From Candidatus Woesearchaeota archaeon (lineage in GTDB: Archaea; Nanobdellota; Nanobdellia; Woesearchaeales; UBA583): a stretch of DNA of 64,000 bases. Position 1 is the first letter of the stretch, and each line of letters begins with the position of its first letter. Below are positions 18,520-28,987 of this stretch, piece by piece. Position numbers and translations under genes: made by a program. Location: positions 480,001 to 544,000 of the forward strand of contig OZ242164.1 of assembly GCA_965205335.1 (NCBI GenBank). Reading direction: 5' to 3'. The notes beneath the pieces were generated by a model that was not told the DNA's origin, did no database searches, and saw nothing but the letters and a program-made list of their open reading frames with translations.

Positions 18520-20136
18520 ATGACAAATAAAGAAAATACAAATTTAATCATAAAGTTTCTTATTGCTCTTTTAATAATTATTATAGCTACTATAGGAGTT
18601 CTTGTACTATTTATTTACACTGATTCAGGTGCTCATGATAAACCAAAAAGAAACTTCATAGATAAAGAAAATCATGTTGAAATCATAGGTACCCAACAAT
18701 ACGAGAAAACTATAAAAGTTCATACTTCTAATAGCAAAACTGGGGTAAACTCTGATGATATATTATATAATTTTAACAAGGATGAATCATATAATTATAT
18801 GGTTGCAGGTTCTAGTAATCAAAATGTTTGGGGTATTTATCAAGTTCAGAGGAGAGATAGTGGCAGAGAGAACTACCGTTCTAATTCACAGAATCAAAAT
18901 GAGGAAGTAGAGGAAGATAACACAGAAGAAGAAGAAACTCAGAATGAGGAAGTAGAAGAAGATAACACAGAAGAAGAAGAAACTCAGAATGAGGAAGAAG
19001 AGGAAGATAACACAGAAGAAGAAGAAGAAACTCAGAATGAGGAAGAAGAGGAAGATAACACAGAAGAAGAAGAAGAAACTCAGAATGAGGAAGTAGAAGA
19101 AGATAACACAGAAGAAGAAGAAACTCAGAATGAGGAAGAAGAGGAAGATAACACAGAAGAAGAAGAAACTCAGAATGAGGAAGAAGAGGAAGATAACACA
19201 GAAGAAGAAGAAGAAGAAGAAGAAACTCAGAATGAGGAAGAAGATAATGAAGAAAACCAAAATGATGATAACGATAAAATTACCCAAGATGTTAATCAAC
19301 CAGTAAATGGAGTTTGTGGAACAAATAAAAATGTTTGTACACAAGGAAACCTAAATGGTATTACTGATAACTCTACTCATTATTTATGGAACTGTAATGG
19401 GTTATACGGAGGAAGTGATGTTTCTTGTAGTAAAGAAATTCCACCAACTCCTGAAAACGGAGTATGTAATAATGCTGTAAGAAATGGGTGTACAACTGGA
19501 ACAACTAATGAAGGAGCATATTCTGACACATCCACTCACTACAAATGGAGATGCGAGGGGTTGAATGGAGGAAGTAACTCTGCTGTATGTAGCATAGAGA
19601 AACCAGTTAATGGAGTCTGTGGAACAAATAAAAATACTTGTTCACAAGGGAACTTAAATGATATTACTGATAACTCTACCCATTATTTATGGAACTGCAA
19701 TGGGTTATATGATGGAAATGGTCTCTCTTGCAGTAAACCAATCCCAGTAAGTGAAACAAATGATATAGAACCCGATAGTCGTGTAACAGTTGAACGAACC
19801 ACAAACAAATACAACAACAAACCTCAGCTAATTATAAATGTTACTGGAACACACCTAATGTTTAGATCTACTCAGAACGTAGAGAGTGCTAATACTATAT
19901 GTGCTAGTGGACAAACACCTTCTGTCAGCAGGTGGTTTGAATTATTCGGTCCGGTATCACTTGGACTAGGGGATAACGGGGAATTTCCAACAACAGATTA
20001 TGGGTCCTATAAAATTACTCAGAGAACTACACCAACTCTGAGAACACACATTTGTTTCATAGTAATATATGGTGATGCAGATTCAAGTTCAGAAGATAAA
20101 GAATACATATATTATGGTCCTTATAGTTTTGAATAA
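18520..20136 (+). CDS. Membrane-anchored surface protein with an acidic stalk and Cys-rich repeats
   Basis: N-terminal ~125 aa paralogous to the 14982 ORF; three NGVC...C...W.C.G..GG....CS repeats. Confidence 0.8.
   Translation: MTNKENTNLIIKFLIALLIIIIATIGVLVLFIYTDSGAHDKPKRNFIDKENHVEIIGTQQYEKTIKVHTSNSKTGVNSDDILYNFNKDESYNYMVAGSSNQNVWGIYQVQRRDSGRENYRSNSQNQNEEVEEDNTEEEETQNEEVEEDNTEEEETQNEEEEEDNTEEEEETQNEEEEEDNTEEEEETQNEEVEEDNTEEEETQNEEEEEDNTEEEETQNEEEEEDNTEEEEEEEETQNEEEDNEENQNDDNDKITQDVNQPVNGVCGTNKNVCTQGNLNGITDNSTHYLWNCNGLYGGSDVSCSKEIPPTPENGVCNNAVRNGCTTGTTNEGAYSDTSTHYKWRCEGLNGGSNSAVCSIEKPVNGVCGTNKNTCSQGNLNDITDNSTHYLWNCNGLYDGNGLSCSKPIPVSETNDIEPDSRVTVERTTNKYNNKPQLIINVTGTHLMFRSTQNVESANTICASGQTPSVSRWFELFGPVSLGLGDNGEFPTTDYGSYKITQRTTPTLRTHICFIVIYGDADSSSEDKEYIYYGPYSFE
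18890..19255. repeat. ~45-48-bp coding tandem repeats (QNEEEEEDNTEEEET), about seven copies
   Basis: Recurrent GAAACTCAGAATGAGGAAG...GAAGATAACACA units with variable GAA runs. Confidence 0.9.
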
Positions 20137-20350
20137 TAAATTGGTCTTGGTAAGAACAATAAAGACAAGAAACAACACACCCAATATATTCAACTCCTAA
20201 CACACAAGTATTATATTTTGAAATTATTCACTTATTCTGTCTCCATTCCAACAATACAATTTTAAAAATACTTTATTACCTTCGCAGATTATTTCAAATT
20301 ATATGAATAAGATTTATATATTCAACTGGTTTTCTCAATATTTAAACACA

Positions 20351-21544
20351 ATGAAATCAAAGAAAATGTTTTCAAAAAACAAAAAACAAAAGAAAGATTT
20401 TGGAAAATTAAGTCTTAAACTTCACAAGGAGAAAAAAGGAAAATTAGAAATCAACACAAGAGTTTCCCTGAAAACAATGGATGATTTGGCAATATCATAC
20501 TCCCCAGGGGTTGCTACTCCATGCATTGAAATAGCAAAAGATGAAAGAAAAGTAAGAGAATATGTTATGAATGGAAAAACAATAGCAATTATAACAGACG
20601 GTTCAGCAGTTTTAGGGCTTGGAAACATAGGAGCGAAGGCATCTCTTCCAGTAATGGAAGGGAAAGCCGCATTGATTAAGCACTTTGGAGGATTAAATGC
20701 ATTTCCTATTGCAATAGATACACAGGATACAGAAGAATTCATTAAAACAGTCAAAAACCTTGCTCCGTCTTTTGGAGGAATAAATCTTGAAGACATATCA
20801 GCACCAAGATGTTTTGAAATAGAAAAAAGACTAAAAGAAGAACTAAATATTCCTGTATTTCATGATGACCAGCATGGAACAGCAATAGTCGTTTTAGCAG
20901 GATTATTAAATGCATTAAAAGTAGTAAATAAAAAAAAAGAAAATATAAGAATCGTAATAAACGGAGCAGGAGCCGCAGGGGTTGCAATTGCCAAGTTGTT
21001 TCACAAAGCAGGATTTCTTAACATTATCACCTGCGATAGCAAAGGAGTAATTTCAAGGCAAAGAAAGAATCTAACTAAAGAGAAGAAGGAATTAACGAAG
21101 ATTACAAATCCATCAAAAGAGCACAAAACATTACGTGATGCCTTAGGAAATGCTGATGTATTTATAGGAGTTTCAAAAGCAAATCTTCTAAAAAAAGAAG
21201 ACATTAAAACAATGGCAAAAGACCCAGTAATATTTGCCTTGGCAAACCCTGACCCTGAAATAACCCCAAAAGAAGCCAAATTAGGAGGTGCTAAAATTAT
21301 TGCAACAGGGCGTTCTGATTATCCAAATCAGATAAACAATGTATTAGTCTTTCCGGGGATATTTAAAGGGGCAATTGAATCAAATTCAACGAAGATAACA
21401 GATGAGATGAAACTAACAGCCGCAAGAGTCCTTGCAAAACTTGTTTTAAAACCTAATTCAAATAAAATAATCCCAAAGCCATTTGATAAAGATGTTGCAA
21501 AGACAATAGCAAATGTTTTAAAGAAGCACGCTAAAAATAAGTAA
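20351..21544 (+). CDS. NAD(P)-dependent malic enzyme
   Basis: YSPGVA, DGSAVLGLGNIG, PVMEGKA, NLEDISAPRCF, FHDDQHGTA, GAGAAG, ATGRSDYPNQINN; start uncertain. Confidence 0.95.
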   Translation: MKSKKMFSKNKKQKKDFGKLSLKLHKEKKGKLEINTRVSLKTMDDLAISYSPGVATPCIEIAKDERKVREYVMNGKTIAIITDGSAVLGLGNIGAKASLPVMEGKAALIKHFGGLNAFPIAIDTQDTEEFIKTVKNLAPSFGGINLEDISAPRCFEIEKRLKEELNIPVFHDDQHGTAIVVLAGLLNALKVVNKKKENIRIVINGAGAAGVAIAKLFHKAGFLNIITCDSKGVISRQRKNLTKEKKELTKITNPSKEHKTLRDALGNADVFIGVSKANLLKKEDIKTMAKDPVIFALANPDPEITPKEAKLGGAKIIATGRSDYPNQINNVLVFPGIFKGAIESNSTKITDEMKLTAARVLAKLVLKPNSNKIIPKPFDKDVAKTIANVLKKHAKNK

Positions 21545-21672
21545 TCTCTAAAATTTCAAATTTGCATATTGTTTATCTTCAAGTTCTTCAAAATTCTATA
21601 AAAAATAAGAATGAATATTATTTTCTAAGAGCACACATAAGATTTAAAAATAAACTTCAATTTAAGATTTTA

Positions 21673-22191
21673 ATGAAAACAAGAAAAAAATCATTCTTTG
21701 AAAAAAATTCCACAGGAATAGTGTTTTTTGGAATAGTGATTATAATAATTGCGATAGTTGTAGGAGTGGGATTTTTTAGCCAGAATAACAAAACTAATGC
21801 TAACTCACTTCCATATGGAGATGATGTAATAGATATGACATATTTCCACTGGGTTAAATGTCCCCATTGCATTAAGCAAAATAAATTCAATAAAAAACTT
21901 TTAGAAAGATATCCTAATTTAAGAATAACAGAATATGAAATCACAAATTCTAAAACACAGGAAAAATACAAGGAGATAGCCTCCCGAATTGAAAAATTAG
22001 ACCCCGAAAATCTCCCGGGAACACCTCTTACAATTATTGGAAACAGAACAAATGTGGGTTATGGTTCTGATGAAACGACAGGCAAAATAATCACAGAAAT
22101 GATTGAAGAGGAACAGACAAGAATTAATGTTCAATGGAACGATGAAACCATGATTAGAACGGTTGATTTAAGAAATCAATTAGAAAAATAA
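21673..22191 (+). CDS. Membrane-anchored thioredoxin/glutaredoxin-fold protein
   Basis: N-terminal TM helix, CPHC, GTP cis-Pro motif. Confidence 0.8.
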   Translation: MKTRKKSFFEKNSTGIVFFGIVIIIIAIVVGVGFFSQNNKTNANSLPYGDDVIDMTYFHWVKCPHCIKQNKFNKKLLERYPNLRITEYEITNSKTQEKYKEIASRIEKLDPENLPGTPLTIIGNRTNVGYGSDETTGKIITEMIEEEQTRINVQWNDETMIRTVDLRNQLEK

Positions 22192-22802
22192 TGAAAAAGA
22201 AAAACATACTAACCAAGAAACTTAATTCAACACTAATTATCACACTTAGTGTTTTATTTGTAGTATTTGGATATTATTTCTTCTTTTATGAAGGTGCCAA
22301 AGAGTTCCATATTCATGCAGATTTTAAGGTTTATGTTAATGGGGAGTTCATAAATTTTTCATTAGATAAGTATCAGTCAGATGAGTACAATAAAAAACAC
22401 CAATATGTGCATTTACATAGTGGAAATGGAGATGTTATCCATTATCATAAGGATGGAATCACATTAGGGGAATTTTTCAAGACATTGGGCATGGAGTTAA
22501 GAGATAACTGTTTTACAGATGATTTGAATAATTCTTATTGTAGTAACGATGAATATGAGTTAAAGACATTTGTTAATGGAGAAGAAATTACAGATAGTTA
22601 TAATTATATAGCAAAGGATTTAGATAGAATTTTAATTGTTCATATCAGACATGATGAAGATGTCTCTGAGATTCTAAATAATGTGACAGACAAAGCCTGT
22701 ATTGAGTCGGCTTTATGCCCTCACAGAGGAGAACCTTCTGAAAGTGGTTGTGTGAGCGGTGAAAAGTGCATAGTTGATTTTGATACCATTCTTAATGAAT
22801 AA
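22191..22802 (+). CDS. Membrane-anchored His/Cys-rich conserved hypothetical protein
   Basis: TM helix, FHIHADF.VYVNG, HLH.G.G.VIH.H..G.TLG.FF; overlaps the thioredoxin stop codon. Confidence 0.7.
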   Translation: MKKKNILTKKLNSTLIITLSVLFVVFGYYFFFYEGAKEFHIHADFKVYVNGEFINFSLDKYQSDEYNKKHQYVHLHSGNGDVIHYHKDGITLGEFFKTLGMELRDNCFTDDLNNSYCSNDEYELKTFVNGEEITDSYNYIAKDLDRILIVHIRHDEDVSEILNNVTDKACIESALCPHRGEPSESGCVSGEKCIVDFDTILNE

Positions 22803-22956
22803 TCATTTAGTTTGAAGCTAAGATTATACATTTTCTAAAAATAAACTTTTTGTATTTACAAGATTTACAAAAAAAGTTAGGCAAAGACTTTGGTTTAAAA
22901 AAACCAACAAAATCAAAAGAATTAGATAATCTGATAGTTAAAACTTTTGAAACTGC

Positions 22957-23084
22957 GGCTCTGTCCGAAAATTCAAGAGAACTTAAAATATTGTATTAAT
23001 AAAACAATTTTTGACAAATAATTTTTTTCTTTGATTGAAGATAGTTAGCATAGATTTTGGAAAAAACAATTTTCGGACAGAGCC
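22957..23084. mobile_element. MITE copy 3 (opposite orientation), IS1595 family
   Basis: Perfect TIR GGCTCTGTCCGAAAATT; TSD GAAACTGC. Confidence 0.92.
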
Positions 23085-23217
23085 GAAACTGCAAAACATC
23101 AAGAAAAATATCAGAAATTTATTAGGAGAAGTTTGTAACATAAATAAACAACACACTTCTAACTTTTCTCCCAAATCAATTAAAAATATTTATAAACAAA
23201 AACATTTTTCAGAATTT

Positions 23218-24468
23218 ATGAACATTAATGAAATCAAAGAAATCAAGGACAATTTCCCAAAGGAAATAATTGAGAGCACTCTCTCAAAAAATAAAAGACT
23301 GTCAGATATTTACAAAGCAAAAATATACTTAAAAAATGAAGATGAACAAATAGTTAGAAGTTACAAAATTAGAGGGGCATTTAATTTCATTAACAAATTA
23401 TCACAAGAAGAAAAGCAAAAAGGAGTTGTCTGTGCAAGTGCAGGAAATCATTCACAAGGTGTTGCTTTCTGCTGTAGTTTTTTTAAAATCAAAGGAGTAG
23501 TTTTTATGCCAAAGACAACTCCAAGCCAAAAAATAAGAGCAGTTAAAGAATTTGGAAAAGAATTTGTTGAAATCAAAATAACAGGCGACAATTTTGATGA
23601 AAGTTTCAACAAAGCAAAAGAATTCTGTAAAGAAAATAAAATGGTATTCATCTCTCCTTTCAACGACGAAAATGTCATAAAAGGAAGCGCTACAATAGGA
23701 CTTGAAATAATTTCACAATTTAAAAAACAAGAACCAAAAAAAGAAATTGACTACATATTCATCCCATTAGGCGGAGGAGGAATACTTTCAGGAGTAAGTG
23801 AAGTTTTCAAAAATTTAAGCCCGAAAACCAAAATAATAGGAGTTGAACCAAAAAGTGCTGCTTGTGGTTATTTAAGTTTAAAACGGGGAAAAAACACACA
23901 GGTAAATATAAAAAGCACATTTGTAGATGGAGCAAGTGTTAAAAAAATGGGAAGTATATGCTTTAAATATATCTTAAAAAATGTCTCACAAATTAATGTG
24001 GTTGATGAAAACAGACTATGTTCTTCAATTTTATATTTCTTAGAAAAGGAAGGAAGAATAATTGAACTTGCAGGAATTTTATCAATTGACTCGCTTAAAG
24101 ATTTCAGAGAAAAAATAAAAGGGAAAAATGTTGTCTGTATAGTTTCAGGAAGCAATTTTGATTTCGGCAGATTTTCAGAAATAAATGAGAGAAGTTTAAA
24201 ATATGAGGGACTTAAAAAATATATTCTGTGTCAATTTCCTCAAAGAGAAGGAGCATTAAAAGAATTTGTGAATTTTTTAGTTGAAGGGATGAACATCACA
24301 AGATTTGAATATCTAAAAAAAACAAACAAAGAAAAAGGTTCTGTTCTTATTGGAATTGAAACACATGACAAAAAAAGTTTTGAAACTTTTTTCAACAAAT
24401 TAAAAGAGAATAATTGGGATTTTAAAGACATAACACACAACAATTTACTCTTTGATTTATTAGTTTAA
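23218..24468 (+). CDS. ilvA: Threonine dehydratase, short form
   Basis: VRSYKIRGA PLP lysine, CASAGNH, GGGG, SGSN.D, C-terminal regulatory FPQREGAL; start trimmed to MNINE. Confidence 0.92.
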   Translation: MNINEIKEIKDNFPKEIIESTLSKNKRLSDIYKAKIYLKNEDEQIVRSYKIRGAFNFINKLSQEEKQKGVVCASAGNHSQGVAFCCSFFKIKGVVFMPKTTPSQKIRAVKEFGKEFVEIKITGDNFDESFNKAKEFCKENKMVFISPFNDENVIKGSATIGLEIISQFKKQEPKKEIDYIFIPLGGGGILSGVSEVFKNLSPKTKIIGVEPKSAACGYLSLKRGKNTQVNIKSTFVDGASVKKMGSICFKYILKNVSQINVVDENRLCSSILYFLEKEGRIIELAGILSIDSLKDFREKIKGKNVVCIVSGSNFDFGRFSEINERSLKYEGLKKYILCQFPQREGALKEFVNFLVEGMNITRFEYLKKTNKEKGSVLIGIETHDKKSFETFFNKLKENNWDFKDITHNNLLFDLLV

Positions 24469-24558
24469 ACAAAGAGAAAAATTTTAAATAATACATTTAT
24501 TTTAAAAGTATGAGTTTAAAACCTAATCCTTATAAAATAACACCTCTTCCAAATTATT

Positions 24559-26478
24559 ATGAAATTTAAACTTGTATCTGATTTCAAACCAGCAGGCGGA
24601 CAACCCTTAGCAATACAAAAACTATATGAAGGATACAAAAAATATGACATCCAGACACTTGAAGGAATTACAGGTTCAGGCAAAACATTTGTTATGGCAA
24701 ACCTGATTGAAAAAGCAGGAAAACCAGCACTTGTCTTAGCACACAACAAAATACTTGCGGCTCAACTTTATCAGGAATTCTCTGAACTCTTCCCCCAAAA
24801 CAGAGTTGAATACTTCATATCATACTATGACTACTACCAACCAGAATCATACATCCCTACAACAGACACATACATTGAAAAATCCGCAACAGTAAACGAA
24901 GAAATAGAAAGACTAAGACTTAAAGCAATGTCATCAATCCTGTCAAGAGATGACGTAATAATTGTTGCATCAATCTCATGCATATACGGAGCAGGAAACC
25001 CGGATGATTTTAGAGACTTATCACAGGAACTAAAAATCGGACAGAAAATCAAACGCTCAGACTTACTAATTCAATTAGTTAATATGCAGTACGAAAGAAA
25101 CGACATAGAACTAAGTTCAGGAAAATTCAGAGCCCGTGGAGAAGTAATAGACATAATCCCATCTTATGACAAAAACATAATAAGAATTGAAATGTTTGGA
25201 GATGAAATAGAAAAAATCTCAGAAATAGATTCCATAAAAGGTGACAAAATAACTGACATTGACAAATTCAGATTATACCCCGGAAAACAATTTATAACAA
25301 CGGATGAAAAAATAAAACAGGCATCAGAATCAATAAAAGAAGAATTAGAAGAAAGAGAAAAAGAACTGCCCCTTCTTGAATCCCAGAGACTCAAAAAAAA
25401 AGTAAAATATGATTTAGAAATGATTGAAGAAATGGGCTACTGCAACGGAATTGAAAACTATTCAAGACATTTTGACAAAAGAAAAATAGGAGAACCCCCT
25501 CACGTCCTATTAGATTACTTCCCCAAAGATTTCCTTTTAATAATTGACGAATCCCATCAAACTCTCCCCCAATCAAGAGCAATGTACAACGGAGATTTCT
25601 CAAGAAAAAAATCCCTTGTTGATTACGGATTCAGACTGCCATGTGCATTTGATAACAGACCCTTAAAATTCCACGAATTTGAAAAATACTTTAACCATAC
25701 TCTATTTGTTTCTGCAACCCCAAGTGAATACGAAAAACAACACTCAAAACAAAACGTTGAACTAATTGTAAGACCAACAGGATTACTAGACCCTTTAATT
25801 GAAGTGCTGCCTATTGATGGGCAGGTTAAAGATTTAGAAGAACAAATTAAAAAAACCGTTGAAAAAGATGAGAGAGTTCTTGTAACAACCCTTACCAAAA
25901 AAATGGCTGAAGACTTAACAGATTACTTATCCAAAAAAGAAATAAAAGTCAGATACATGCACTCAGACATTGAATCCCTTGACAGAATTGAATTAGTCCG
26001 TTCACTTAGAGCAGGAGAATTTGATGTATTAGTTGGAATTAATCTTCTAAGAGAAGGCTTGGACATTCCAGAAGTCAGTTTAGTTGCAATACTTGATGCT
26101 GATAAAGAAGGGTTTTTACGTGATGAAAGATCCCTCATTCAGACAATCGGAAGAGCGACAAGAAACGAAAATGGAAAAGTTATAATGTATGCTAACAAAA
26201 CAACTCTCTCAATGAGAATTGCAATTGAAAAAACAAAATACAGAAGAAAAATTCAGGAAGAATTTAACAAAAAATATGGAATTACTCCTCAGACAATTAA
26301 AAAGAAAATCCAAAGCAAAAAAAGAGAAATAAAAGGTGTAAAACACATCTCTCAAAGTGACTTAAAAAAAGAAATTGCAAGAGTTGAAGCGGATATGAAA
26401 AGAGCGGCAAACGATTTAGACTTTGAAAAAGCCATTGACCTAAGAGATTACCTCAGAGAATTAAAAAGTAAAACTTAG
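24559..26478 (+). CDS. uvrB: Excinuclease ABC subunit B
   Basis: GITGSGKT, YYDYYQPE, GIENYSRH, DESH, RPTGLLDP, C-terminal UVR domain. Confidence 0.98.
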   Translation: MKFKLVSDFKPAGGQPLAIQKLYEGYKKYDIQTLEGITGSGKTFVMANLIEKAGKPALVLAHNKILAAQLYQEFSELFPQNRVEYFISYYDYYQPESYIPTTDTYIEKSATVNEEIERLRLKAMSSILSRDDVIIVASISCIYGAGNPDDFRDLSQELKIGQKIKRSDLLIQLVNMQYERNDIELSSGKFRARGEVIDIIPSYDKNIIRIEMFGDEIEKISEIDSIKGDKITDIDKFRLYPGKQFITTDEKIKQASESIKEELEEREKELPLLESQRLKKKVKYDLEMIEEMGYCNGIENYSRHFDKRKIGEPPHVLLDYFPKDFLLIIDESHQTLPQSRAMYNGDFSRKKSLVDYGFRLPCAFDNRPLKFHEFEKYFNHTLFVSATPSEYEKQHSKQNVELIVRPTGLLDPLIEVLPIDGQVKDLEEQIKKTVEKDERVLVTTLTKKMAEDLTDYLSKKEIKVRYMHSDIESLDRIELVRSLRAGEFDVLVGINLLREGLDIPEVSLVAILDADKEGFLRDERSLIQTIGRATRNENGKVIMYANKTTLSMRIAIEKTKYRRKIQEEFNKKYGITPQTIKKKIQSKKREIKGVKHISQSDLKKEIARVEADMKRAANDLDFEKAIDLRDYLRELKSKT

Positions 26479-26587
26479 ATAAAGAAAATAACAAATTTCA
26501 ATAATACAAATAGAATTCATTTCTATTCTGCGGTATTATTTGCAATTAATAAGGTGATAAGTTCTTTAATATGTATTTCCCTTGAGT

Positions 26588-27562
26588 CTACTCAGTAGAA
26601 GCAGATTCTGAGAGTTCAAATGACTCAGATAATAAGCCATCTATGTATACTTCCTTAATCCATACACTTCCATCTGGATTATAGAATACAACCTCTTCAT
26701 CTAACTTTCCATCTTTATATGTTTTCCTGCTTTCTATTCTGCCATTAGGATAATATTTTATAAACTCTCCATCTCTCTTTCCATCTTTATATGCTTCCTC
26801 ACTCTCTATACTACCATCTAAATTATAATATATAAACTCCTCTCTGTTATCTTTATATGTTTTCCTGCTTTGTATATTACCCTCTGGATAATAAAATTTA
26901 ATCTCTTCCTCAAGTTTGCCACCTTCATAGATCTCTTTACTCTTTATATTACCGTCTTCATAATATTCTATAACTTCTCCCTCTAACTTATCACCCTCAT
27001 ATGTTTCCGTACTGTGTATACTTCCATCAGAATTATATTTTATAAACTCGCCTTCTTTCCTGCCATTTTTATATGTTCCATTCAATATACTCCCATCTTC
27101 ATAGTATTCAATGACTTCTCCCTCCAATTTACCATCTTTGTATATTCCCTTACTTTTTATTGTACCATCAAGATAATATTTTATAAACTCTCCTTCTAAC
27201 CTGCCATCTCTATATGTTTCCCTGCTCCATATATTACCATTTTGATAATACACTATATTCTCTCCTTCTAACTTGCCATCTCTATATGTTACATTACTTT
27301 GAATACTTCCATCAGGATAATATTTTATAAACTCTCCTTCTTTACTGTCATTTTTATATGTTCCCTTACCCAATACACTACCATCTCTATAATATTCTAT
27401 AACCTCTCCCTCTAATTTTCCCTCCTTATATGTTCCCTTACTTAATATGCTACCATCTTCATAATATTTTACAGCTTCTTCTTCCTGCTCCATACACCCG
27501 CCTAAAACCAATAAAACAATTAAAGTTACTATTGCCCCTAATTTGATTTCTTTATTTACCAT
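26588..27562 (-). CDS. MORN-variant repeat (YwqK-like) putative lipoprotein
   Basis: LGGC lipobox-like motif, then ~12 YY.DG.I...G.YK.GKLEGE repeats. Confidence 0.85.
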   Translation of the reverse strand: MVNKEIKLGAIVTLIVLLVLGGCMEQEEEAVKYYEDGSILSKGTYKEGKLEGEVIEYYRDGSVLGKGTYKNDSKEGEFIKYYPDGSIQSNVTYRDGKLEGENIVYYQNGNIWSRETYRDGRLEGEFIKYYLDGTIKSKGIYKDGKLEGEVIEYYEDGSILNGTYKNGRKEGEFIKYNSDGSIHSTETYEGDKLEGEVIEYYEDGNIKSKEIYEGGKLEEEIKFYYPEGNIQSRKTYKDNREEFIYYNLDGSIESEEAYKDGKRDGEFIKYYPNGRIESRKTYKDGKLDEEVVFYNPDGSVWIKEVYIDGLLSESFELSESASTE

Positions 27563-27676
27563 AATCCTAATCAAAGTTTAAATTTTATAAGCTTTATGAA
27601 ATATTAAAACTTATGTAATTCAGACAGAACTTAACTTAAAATTACTCTCATATTTATATTCTAAAACATTTAAGGA

Positions 27677-27964
27677 TTATTTCATAAGATCAACACCTAA
27701 GGCTTTAATGATTGAATCCCTTAGATTTTGACCTTTTATATCATCCTCTGAGAGAATTACAATTATAGGTTTAATCAACTTATCAATTGTATTCTTTACC
27801 CTTACAGACAAACCATCATAATCTTTTTGAGAAATCACAACAATTCCTGCATCAGAATTCTTTGAAATTAACTCCTCAAACTTATCCATTCTCTCAGATC
27901 TAATACCAACTAAATCAAAACCAAGAGTGAACTCTTCATCTCCAACCACAATTATCTCTGCCAT
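27677..27964 (-). CDS. atpF: A/V-type ATP synthase subunit F
   Basis: IVVGDEEFTLGF.LVGI...I.KALGVDL. Confidence 0.9.
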   Translation of the reverse strand: MAEIIVVGDEEFTLGFDLVGIRSERMDKFEELISKNSDAGIVVISQKDYDGLSVRVKNTIDKLIKPIIVILSEDDIKGQNLRDSIIKALGVDLMK

Positions 27965-27968
27965 TCTC

Positions 27969-28985
27969 TCAACTTATTAAATCCAAAACCTCTTCCTTTG
28001 ATAAATTCAAAAACTTAGCTTTTAAAAGGATTCTAAGCATCCCCATCTCTCTTTCCAATTTGAACAAAAACCTTAAGGCATAAAAAGGAGAACCAAATTT
28101 TGCTTTTCTAAAAAGACTCTCTGACCTCTTCTTATGAACTGAAACTCCCCTGTCAAGAGATTCAACTAAACTTGCCTCAATATCCAATTGCAAATCTCCA
28201 AACTTTTCCTTAAAAAAATCCATGGTTTCTCTAATTGATTTAGAAGATAAAACTTCAAAATCTCCAAGAGACAACTTCCCTCCTTCAATATACAACTCAC
28301 TAAAATATAACTCCTTTGAATTTTCAACCTTTAACTTGACAAAAGTCCTTGCATTCAACAAATCAATATAATTCCTAATAAATTTAACAAAAGCTCCTTC
28401 ATCAACACTATTAAACTTAAACCATTTAGAATTTAACCTCCTATAATACTGCATATACAGATAATTCTCAAGTTCATATAACCCCTTTTCATAAGCCTTT
28501 AAAACTTTATTTTCATCAAACTTAAGTTTCTTTGAAATATAAACAAGTGCACCTTCTATATTTGGCATCTCCCATGCCTTAATATATTTCATTTTTCTTC
28601 GACTATCTCCTATTAAATACACTTCATAATCCTCTTCTTGGGATACCTTGCATCTAAGAATCACCATAAAATTGTGAATCTGATACTTTAAATAATATGA
28701 ATCAAGCAGTTCCCTATTTCTTTTTGAAGCGCCTAAAAAGACTTTCTTATATATATCCGAAAGATGCTCATTTAATACTCTCTCAACTAAATAGAAACCA
28801 TCATATCTAAGAAATGACTCATCAACTGATTTTCTAAACCCATGCTCCTCGAGATACCTTAGAATTTCATCAAACTCAAGTTCAGATAATTCTCGTATTT
28901 TTTCATATCCGTAAAGCCTGCCTGACTCAACTGCTATTTTTGCACTACTATATGAGTTCTTATTTAAACTAACTAACCTCCCCAT
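27969..28985 (-). CDS. atpC: A/V-type ATP synthase subunit C
   Basis: Size, operon position, and motifs Y.IHN...ILR, IDL.N, E.E...LR. Confidence 0.85.
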   Translation of the reverse strand: MGRLVSLNKNSYSSAKIAVESGRLYGYEKIRELSELEFDEILRYLEEHGFRKSVDESFLRYDGFYLVERVLNEHLSDIYKKVFLGASKRNRELLDSYYLKYQIHNFMVILRCKVSQEEDYEVYLIGDSRRKMKYIKAWEMPNIEGALVYISKKLKFDENKVLKAYEKGLYELENYLYMQYYRRLNSKWFKFNSVDEGAFVKFIRNYIDLLNARTFVKLKVENSKELYFSELYIEGGKLSLGDFEVLSSKSIRETMDFFKEKFGDLQLDIEASLVESLDRGVSVHKKRSESLFRKAKFGSPFYALRFLFKLEREMGMLRILLKAKFLNLSKEEVLDLIS

Positions 28986-28987
28986 TT

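Noticed and set aside
18890-19255. GAA-rich repeats as CRISPR or a non-coding satellite
   Set aside because: They encode the acidic stalk of the surface protein
23035-23217. 61-aa N-terminal extension of IlvA
   Set aside because: It begins at a TTG inside MITE copy 3; a TATA box ~30 nt before ATG 23218 supports the shorter start
26588-27562. Toxin-antitoxin system implied by the YwqK-like repeats
   Set aside because: No adjacent toxin gene; MORN-variant repeats with a signal peptide are a generic scaffold
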